DNA from: a virus
Taxonomy: Duplodnaviria; Caudoviricetes
Virus record (IMG/VR): IMGVR_UViG_3300044970_000972
Location: 1 to 33,479 of that record
Reading direction: 5' to 3' (one strand)
DNA: 33,479 nt
Shown: one piece after another, positions 28,442 through 33,479 of the stretch
Position numbering within the stretch: the stretch's first letter is position 1
How the letters are laid out: each line of letters starts with the position of its first letter
The notes under the pieces: model-generated
Told to the model about the DNA's origin: nothing
Seen by the model: only the letters and a program-made list of their open reading frames with translations
The model's database searches: none
Made by a program: the position numbers and the translations under genes

Positions 28442-30349
28442 TTATATCCTCTTTAGTTCCCCGTTTAGATAGTTTGAAGTTACCTTAAACCCAATGCCAG
28501 ATATTTGTTCCCCAGAAGAAATTGTATCTTTAATCATATTTATGGTACTATCCGCAACACTAAAACTTAGATATAGATCTTTAAGTCCAATAACATCGTT
28601 GGATTCTGGGTATGCTTGAACTTGAATTATATTATTAGTTAAGTCTGTAGCAGTTATGTTGATGGTAGTTAAAAGTATTTCTCCAGTCGTATAGTCAATT
28701 GTTCCAGCAGATTTGATGACGACAATATTATCAATACCATTTGGATTTGGTTTAACAATTGAAACATCTCCCATACCACTACCATCTAGATTTCCATTAA
28801 CATCTTTCTTAGGAACATCCGTTAGGTATACAGTGTCTGCTTCTCCAGAAATTCTAAATCCAGTGCTCTTAATATTAAATCCTTTTGAATTAATATGGAA
28901 CTGATTTCCAAAGCAAAGTTCGTATTGGGCAAAGTCATTTACAGCAGCTTTTAGATTTCTTCTGATAATAACTCTGGTAATATTAGATGTAATCGCAGTA
29001 TCAACATCATCAATAATTCTTACTAACTTACTGTACTTAAATCTACCACCAAACTTATTGACATCTGTTGATGATGAATAAGTTGTAAGAGCATTGGTCA
29101 CTCTGGTTTTTAGATCATTTACATTAGAAACCTTAGGTGAATCATAATAGACTGCAGAGTCTATCTCTACATAAAGAACCTTGAGATCAATAATTGACTG
29201 GTTAATTCCTGTAAGAGAATAATTCTTAAGTTTATTTAAAATTTGTTGCTTGTCAAAGTCAGAAACATAATCACCATTCTTTGGTTTAATGCTGATTAAA
29301 ACGGTTCCAAACTGAGGTGGGTCTAGTTCTTCTCCACCAACAACTGAAACTGATTCTGTGTTTGGATAGATTTGTTGAATAATAGATTCATAATCTCTTC
29401 CCGTTACTGCTCTATACTGTGATGAATACAGACGGGGAGCAAAATATTTGATGGAATCAATACTTTCAATCTCCCCACCATTGGATGATGATGCGGTAGT
29501 TACAACAGAAACTGTTGATGATGGAGTCACAATCTCATCAGAAGATCCTCTTAGTGATCCAGAGAAAGAAAAGAGTGATGCCCCATTACCATCTTTCCCA
29601 TCAGTAACGATATAGGTTACGGTGATGATCGTTCCATTTTCTAATTTCTTACCAAAAATACCATCACCAAATAAAAGTTCGTATTTTTCGTCCTTTATTT
29701 CTTGAATCAGATATGTTTCCGATGTGCTCTGAACATTTAAAATATTATCAACTAATGTATATTCCCTCCCCAATCCAGTATCAGAAATACCTTTTACATA
29801 AACAACAATCGTAGAGGTGTCAATAAAAGAATTATCTAAAATAAATCTTTGATCTAATGACCCATCAACAACAAACTGGTTACGAAGAAAAGTTCCTTGA
29901 TAAATGCTGACATCGCTAAATGATGCCACACCTCCAGTTACAGTGGTCGTGATATTTTCTGGAACTGAAAAAGTATAGGTCGTGTCTTCAATGCCACCAA
30001 CGCACACTAGACCTGCCTGTAAGGTCAGTGTTGGACTTGTTGTGGTAGTTGGCACCGTTAATGAAACAACCGCTTTAGACGCCGTTCTAGAGCGTGGTAC
30101 GTATCCAATATTTCTTGCTAACGAGACAACGTTTTCTCTTAAAGATGCCGAGTCTAGAAAAGACTCATTCACGACCATGTTGGAATTAAATGCCGTGATA
30201 TAAGTGTTATATGCTAGAGTATCAATTAATACAGAGAAGTTTGATCCTTCAAAATCAAAGTCTGTAAAATTTGAGTTCGCACGAAGATAATCCTTTATAG
30301 AAGTTTTGATCTGATCAAAATCTAGGTTGGTAAACTGTGTAAAAGGCAT
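28442..30349 (-). CDS. gp6: Baseplate wedge subunit (T4 gp6-like)
   Basis: LDFDQIKTSIKDYL, FTDFDFEGSNFSVLIDTLAYNT, ESFLDSA, RAVTGRDYE motifs. Confidence 0.95.
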   Translation of the reverse strand: MPFTQFTNLDFDQIKTSIKDYLRANSNFTDFDFEGSNFSVLIDTLAYNTYITAFNSNMVVNESFLDSASLRENVVSLARNIGYVPRSRTASKAVVSLTVPTTTTSPTLTLQAGLVCVGGIEDTTYTFSVPENITTTVTGGVASFSDVSIYQGTFLRNQFVVDGSLDQRFILDNSFIDTSTIVVYVKGISDTGLGREYTLVDNILNVQSTSETYLIQEIKDEKYELLFGDGIFGKKLENGTIITVTYIVTDGKDGNGASLFSFSGSLRGSSDEIVTPSSTVSVVTTASSSNGGEIESIDSIKYFAPRLYSSQYRAVTGRDYESIIQQIYPNTESVSVVGGEELDPPQFGTVLISIKPKNGDYVSDFDKQQILNKLKNYSLTGINQSIIDLKVLYVEIDSAVYYDSPKVSNVNDLKTRVTNALTTYSSSTDVNKFGGRFKYSKLVRIIDDVDTAITSNITRVIIRRNLKAAVNDFAQYELCFGNQFHINSKGFNIKSTGFRISGEADTVYLTDVPKKDVNGNLDGSGMGDVSIVKPNPNGIDNIVVIKSAGTIDYTTGEILLTTINITATDLTNNIIQVQAYPESNDVIGLKDLYLSFSVADSTINMIKDTISSGEQISGIGFKVTSNYLNGELKRI

Positions 30350-30350
30350 T

Positions 30351-30752
30351 TTATCTTGTTGCCTCTAGGATAAATGTAAATTCTTGAGTCGGGAAGTCTT
30401 GTCCAATAATGTCAAAGAATATGGTTGCCTCAAACTCATTAGTATCTGGTCTAGGAGTTACCTCAACAGAAACGTTTTCAACTCTGGTTTCAAAGTTGCG
30501 TATCGCAAGTTCAATTTGATTTTGTATGATTGAGGCAGTACCAAAATCAACAAATTCAAAAAGACTACTACGAACGTCAGATCCAAAAACTGGATTGAAG
30601 AACTTTTCTGTAGGAAGAGTCTCTACAATGTTCCTGACTGATCTTTTTATTGCGTTTTCGTTTCTCAATATCGGCAAATCCTTTGTGACCGGATGAGGTT
30701 CAAAGGATAAACTAATATCTTTAAACGATCTAGATATCCTTTGTATTGCCAT
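30351..30752 (-). CDS. gp25: Baseplate wedge subunit (T4 gp25-like)
   Basis: FKDISLSF..HPVTKD, AIKRSVRNIV, EKFFNPVFGS, FETRV motifs; adjacent to gp6. Confidence 0.92.
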   Translation of the reverse strand: MAIQRISRSFKDISLSFEPHPVTKDLPILRNENAIKRSVRNIVETLPTEKFFNPVFGSDVRSSLFEFVDFGTASIIQNQIELAIRNFETRVENVSVEVTPRPDTNEFEATIFFDIIGQDFPTQEFTFILEATR

Positions 30753-30772
30753 CGGACAAAAGTTTCTTGCTT

Positions 30773-30780
30773 TATTTATA
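30773..30780 (-). promoter_or_regulatory. T4-type late promoter TATAAATA
   Basis: Perfect consensus in the intergenic gap, 20 nt upstream of the gp25 ATG. Confidence 0.8.
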
Positions 30781-30782
30781 TC

Positions 30783-31025
30783 CTATTTCCAAGGTGAACC
30801 ATATGTTGGTTCAGTTCCATAACTCCAATCATCGTAATCTTCATCATTACGAATTTTCTCATGAAGTTCGGTTTGTTTTTTGAGATTGTGCTTGGGTGCC
30901 AAGTCATGATAAATTTCCTGAATGACTCTTTTTGGTGAATTTAAGTCATAATCAGTGATTAATTTCGTGGTTCCCCACATCTCTCTCATGTAATTTGAAT
31001 CTCTATCGACTGGTAGATTAGACAT
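30783..31025 (-). CDS. Hypothetical protein (80 aa)
   Basis: AGGAG Shine-Dalgarno 5 nt upstream of the ATG; operon orientation. Confidence 0.8.
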   Translation of the reverse strand: MSNLPVDRDSNYMREMWGTTKLITDYDLNSPKRVIQEIYHDLAPKHNLKKQTELHEKIRNDEDYDDWSYGTEPTYGSPWK

Positions 31026-31028
31026 TTT

Positions 31029-31084
31029 AGCTCCTGTTTTAATGAATAAAACAGAACTTTTATAAAGGAGGTTGCTATCTCCTT
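31029..31084 (-). promoter_or_regulatory. Double-hairpin leader; the second stem covers the Shine-Dalgarno
   Basis: AAGGAG/CUCCUU stem (31065-31084) and CUGUUUUA/UAAAACAG stem (31034-31054), extendable over GAGCU. Confidence 0.55.
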
Positions 31085-31092
31085 ATTTCTAT

Positions 31093-31434
31093 TTAACGAT
31101 CCAGTTCGCGCAGTGAATATGAGTCTGAATTGAGGTATTTAAGTATTTCAAGAGCAATTAATTTGGGATTTCCTTCACCACAGGTGTATACATCTACTGC
31201 CAGACACCCATTTTCTGGCCAAGTATGACAAGAAACGTGACTTTCGGCAAGGGCAATGACGACTGTACACCCTTGTGGAAGAAAACAGTGCGAAAAAGTG
31301 TTCAAGATCGTCATCTTCGCACGTTCAATACCTCTAATCATGACGTTCTGAAGAGAATCTACGTCATTGATCAGGTCAAAGTCAACATCATACACCTCTA
31401 GGAGCAGGTGTTTGCCCATTGAAAACTGTTTCAA
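31093..31434 (-). CDS. speD: S-adenosylmethionine decarboxylase (SpeD) family pyruvoyl-dependent decarboxylase proenzyme
   Basis: GKHLLLEVY, PQGCT, LAESHVSCHTWPE (E-S autocleavage site) and VDVYTCG motifs; the start may be the ATG at 31419. Confidence 0.9.
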   Translation of the reverse strand: MKQFSMGKHLLLEVYDVDFDLINDVDSLQNVMIRGIERAKMTILNTFSHCFLPQGCTVVIALAESHVSCHTWPENGCLAVDVYTCGEGNPKLIALEILKYLNSDSYSLRELDR

Positions 31435-31455
31435 CTCAACTTTTTGGTAAAAATT

Positions 31456-31462
31456 TATTTAT
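31456..31462 (-). promoter_or_regulatory. Late promoter variant (ATAAATA) upstream of speD
   Basis: Overlaps the stop codon of the 211-aa gene; AT-rich context makes a chance match possible. Confidence 0.4.
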
Positions 31463-32094
31463 TTTGATTCTAAATCGGTAATTTGGTACATATAGTGATC
31501 AGATGTCTCAAATTTTCTCTTATTTTCAACTGAATAGACCGTTAAATCAATTTCATAACCTGGATTTTTGCCAATTCGGTTGAATGTCCAGGCATTATCA
31601 TACCAAACAATGCGATTATTTGGATATGCGTAGTAATTTCCTGTTTCTACTTTAAATAAATGAGCACATTTATGCTCTGGAGTCTCTGAAAAGTTAAGAT
31701 CTGGGACACCTTTGTTCTCCCAGGACCAGTCAAGAGTGAACATGTAGGATCCCACGACCTTTTTTCCATCGGGACGAATTAATTCTGCCTGTAATCCAGC
31801 GAGACGAGCACGTCTTTGAACGTCAATGTATGGGGAAAAGCAATCCCAATACATAATGTCCTCTAAAGGTTCAATCGGTGCGTCTGGTTTCCAGCAAAAA
31901 GCGTGAAGTGGCCTGCGAGTCCAATTCACACCGTTTTCTAAAAATGCCTCAAACAGAGGAACTCTTTTTTCAATGCTCGCAACAGAATGAACATCACATT
32001 TGGTTACTTCACCATGTCCCATTTTATGGTTAAAAAGGAATTCATTACGAATATAACAGGACCAATCTGGAAGACTATGGTTTAAGTAAGCCAT
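31459..32094 (-). CDS. Phage hypothetical protein (211 aa)
   Basis: Long ORF in operon orientation with aromatic-rich motifs (YWDCFSPY, YMFTLDW, EHKCAH, YPNNRIVW); function not recognised. Confidence 0.85.
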   Translation of the reverse strand: MAYLNHSLPDWSCYIRNEFLFNHKMGHGEVTKCDVHSVASIEKRVPLFEAFLENGVNWTRRPLHAFCWKPDAPIEPLEDIMYWDCFSPYIDVQRRARLAGLQAELIRPDGKKVVGSYMFTLDWSWENKGVPDLNFSETPEHKCAHLFKVETGNYYAYPNNRIVWYDNAWTFNRIGKNPGYEIDLTVYSVENKRKFETSDHYMYQITDLESK

Positions 32095-32096
32095 GT

Positions 32097-32252
32097 TTAA
32101 CCTTTACCTTGACCCCTATACTTTTTACGAGCATTATTACGAGACGAAGCGGCATACTTGGTTCCTGCACCGCTTCCCTGACGAGACTTTTTAGGGGTCC
32201 CAGGCATATAAGAGGAGTTCTTATTCAGACCGACTTTTGCTTTTGCTGCCAT
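32097..32252 (-). CDS. Small highly basic protein (51 aa), not in ORF track
   Basis: MAAKAKVGLNKNSSYMPGTPKKSRQGSGAGTKYAASSRNNARKKYRGQGKG*; GGAG 8 nt upstream of the ATG; stop 2 nt before the next gene's ATG. Confidence 0.8.
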   Translation of the reverse strand: MAAKAKVGLNKNSSYMPGTPKKSRQGSGAGTKYAASSRNNARKKYRGQGKG

Positions 32253-32419
32253 ACATTATTCTCCAATAAAATTTCAGTTTCAATATCTTCAGGATTTGGA
32301 GAACCTGTCTGATAAAATTCAATCGACAGATCCTCCATTACATTGAAATATTCTTCTTCTGTAAGACTTGAATAAATTCTTCTTCCCTTACAGAGAATAT
32401 TATATCGTTCGTTAGTCAT
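32225..32419 (-). CDS. Small acidic hypothetical protein (64 aa)
   Basis: Start reassigned to the ATG at 32419, which forms a TGATG overlap with the upstream gene's stop (MTNERYNILCKG...). Confidence 0.7.
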   Translation of the reverse strand: MTNERYNILCKGRRIYSSLTEEEYFNVMEDLSIEFYQTGSPNPEDIETEILLENNVWQQKQKSV

Positions 32420-33171
32420 CAAATGATTCTTGTCTTCTCGTGACCAACTCTGATACGAGGATCGCACCAGATTTCAAAACCTGCTTCCTTTGCATCCAAA
32501 CAGAACGATACGTCTTCTCCACACATATCCTGTACTTCACCAGATTCAAAGACTTGCATCTTTGGAGCAAACCAAGGATACTTCATCTCTGAGTGTTCAA
32601 AGACTCCGTTCTTAATCAACAACCAACCAAATCCAGCATAATCAACAGTGAATGGTTTCCGACGCTTTGAGATACTCTCAATGGTTTCGTGATTCATAAC
32701 ACCACCATTGTTACGGAAATCATCCTCTTCCATCCAGTGTGCTACAGAGGTTGTTCTACCATCCTCTGTACAATACCATCCAGAAGCAATGTCTTGATCC
32801 ATCAGAACAAGTTGCCAGAACTTTTCAGTATTGAAAACAATATCACTATCAATCCATAACTGCCAATCATACTTCAGTTTACCATCCCAGGGAATCTGAT
32901 CAGGTCCACGAAGTACATTTGCTCCAAGACACTTGCAACGGGCAAAGTTCACCATTGAAGAATAATCTTGTGAGATTTGGATACTGGCGCCAGCCTGCAC
33001 CAAATCAAAACAAAGTTGAACAAAATTCTTTAAGTAAGTATATGAGACCCCTCTTCCAGGTAGACAGAATACAACTGTTTTGCCCTTTACCATCTCACGG
33101 GCCAAGTTGTAATCCCATTCAGGTTCTGAAGCGGTCGGAGTCTTTGCTTTTACGGTAAATCCTTTAGCCAT
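32419..33171 (-). CDS. GT-A fold glycosyltransferase-like protein (250 aa)
   Basis: FARCKC, LWIDSDIVF (DxD), AGFGWLLIK, GEDVSFC and terminal VGHEK motifs, as in GT2-like enzymes. Confidence 0.7.
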   Translation of the reverse strand: MAKGFTVKAKTPTASEPEWDYNLAREMVKGKTVVFCLPGRGVSYTYLKNFVQLCFDLVQAGASIQISQDYSSMVNFARCKCLGANVLRGPDQIPWDGKLKYDWQLWIDSDIVFNTEKFWQLVLMDQDIASGWYCTEDGRTTSVAHWMEEDDFRNNGGVMNHETIESISKRRKPFTVDYAGFGWLLIKNGVFEHSEMKYPWFAPKMQVFESGEVQDMCGEDVSFCLDAKEAGFEIWCDPRIRVGHEKTRII

Positions 33172-33194
33172 AATAGAATGCGTTTACATCAATG

Positions 33195-33223
33195 ATCATA
33201 CAGTATTATATAGTGAATGTCAA
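33195..33223 (-). promoter_or_regulatory. Sigma70-type promoter TTGACA-17 nt-TATGAT
   Basis: -35 TTGACA at 33223-33218, 17-nt spacer, -10 TATGAT at 33200-33195; 23 nt upstream of the glycosyltransferase-like ATG. Confidence 0.7.
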
Positions 33224-33396
33224 TCGCTGTCCTTTTCGGTAATCACTAAATCTCCGCCCTCAATTGACAAACGGACCTCTGTGTCTTCATACCAAGAAAG
33301 ATCGTTTGCAATCCATTCAGGAATCACAATATAATACTCACCAGTAATTGGATCGACCTGTACGAGTTGAAAATTTTCTCCGGAATTTTTTTTCAT
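33220..33396 (-). CDS. AbrB/SpoVT-like small DNA-binding protein (58 aa), not in ORF track
   Basis: MKKNSGENFQLVQVDPITGEYYIVIPEWIANDLSWYEDTEVRLSIEGGDLVITEKDSD*; the G-x-x-x-I-x-IP...L-x-W-x-x-x-x-x-V...L-x-I pattern fits swapped-hairpin proteins. Confidence 0.7.
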   Translation of the reverse strand: MKKNSGENFQLVQVDPITGEYYIVIPEWIANDLSWYEDTEVRLSIEGGDLVITEKDSD

Positions 33397-33479
33397 TTCA
33401 GGTATATGAATCTTCTTTTTCAGATTTATATAGCACTTTATATTTTACTCGCGTCCGTAACACTTTGTAGGTTAGGGGG

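Noticed and set aside
1894-30203. Many 60-85 aa plus-strand ORFs and short nested minus-strand ORFs (2821, 15778, 17682)
   Set aside because: They lie almost entirely within well-supported structural genes; their composition mirrors the sense-strand codon bias.
30351-30752. gp25 as a lysozyme
   Set aside because: Legacy annotation; the family is a structural sheath-initiating wedge subunit and no catalytic evidence is visible.
31060-31084. Hairpin after speD as a Rho-independent terminator
   Set aside because: No convincing U-tract follows the stem; kept as part of a leader structure instead.
32420-32467. N-terminal extension of the 80-aa track ORF 32225..32467
   Set aside because: Overlaps the glycosyltransferase-like C-terminus; the TGATG-coupled ATG at 32419 is a better start.
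32109-33158. Plus-strand ORFs 32109..32312 and 32919..33158
   Set aside because: Antisense to better-supported minus-strand genes that have SD sites or coupled starts.
1-33479. Stop-codon reassignment, CRISPR array, tRNA genes or a diversity-generating retroelement
   Set aside because: Genes are intact in the standard code with TAA, TAG and TGA all used as stops; no spaced direct repeats, cloverleafs or reverse transcriptase were seen.

Overview
AT-rich fragment of a T4-like myovirus genome, most similar in gene order and content to cyanomyoviruses (Kyanoviridae-type). All credible genes are on the minus strand. Reading right to left: AbrB-like small gene, GT-A glycosyltransferase-like gene, two small ORFs, a 211-aa hypothetical, speD-family pyruvoyl decarboxylase, an 80-aa hypothetical, baseplate gp25-gp6-giant gp7 (3957 aa)-gp8, a VrlC-like 2359-aa structural protein, small ORFs and a fibre/connector protein, neck gp13-gp14, gp15 and terminase small subunit gp16. 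Three genes absent from the supplied ORF track were translated by hand: 33220-33396, 32097-32252, and a >=429-codon ORF from 1289 that runs off the left edge. The last is the most unusual element. It is a chain of short, mostly basic modules, five of seven carrying a Cys pair or more, separated by Glu-ending linkers that resemble prohead-protease cleavage sites, and it may be a capsid-packaged polyprotein. Late promoters (TATAAATA and variants), one sigma70-type promoter and an RBS-sequestering double hairpin are also visible. Product calls rest on recalled family motifs and synteny, not database searches.
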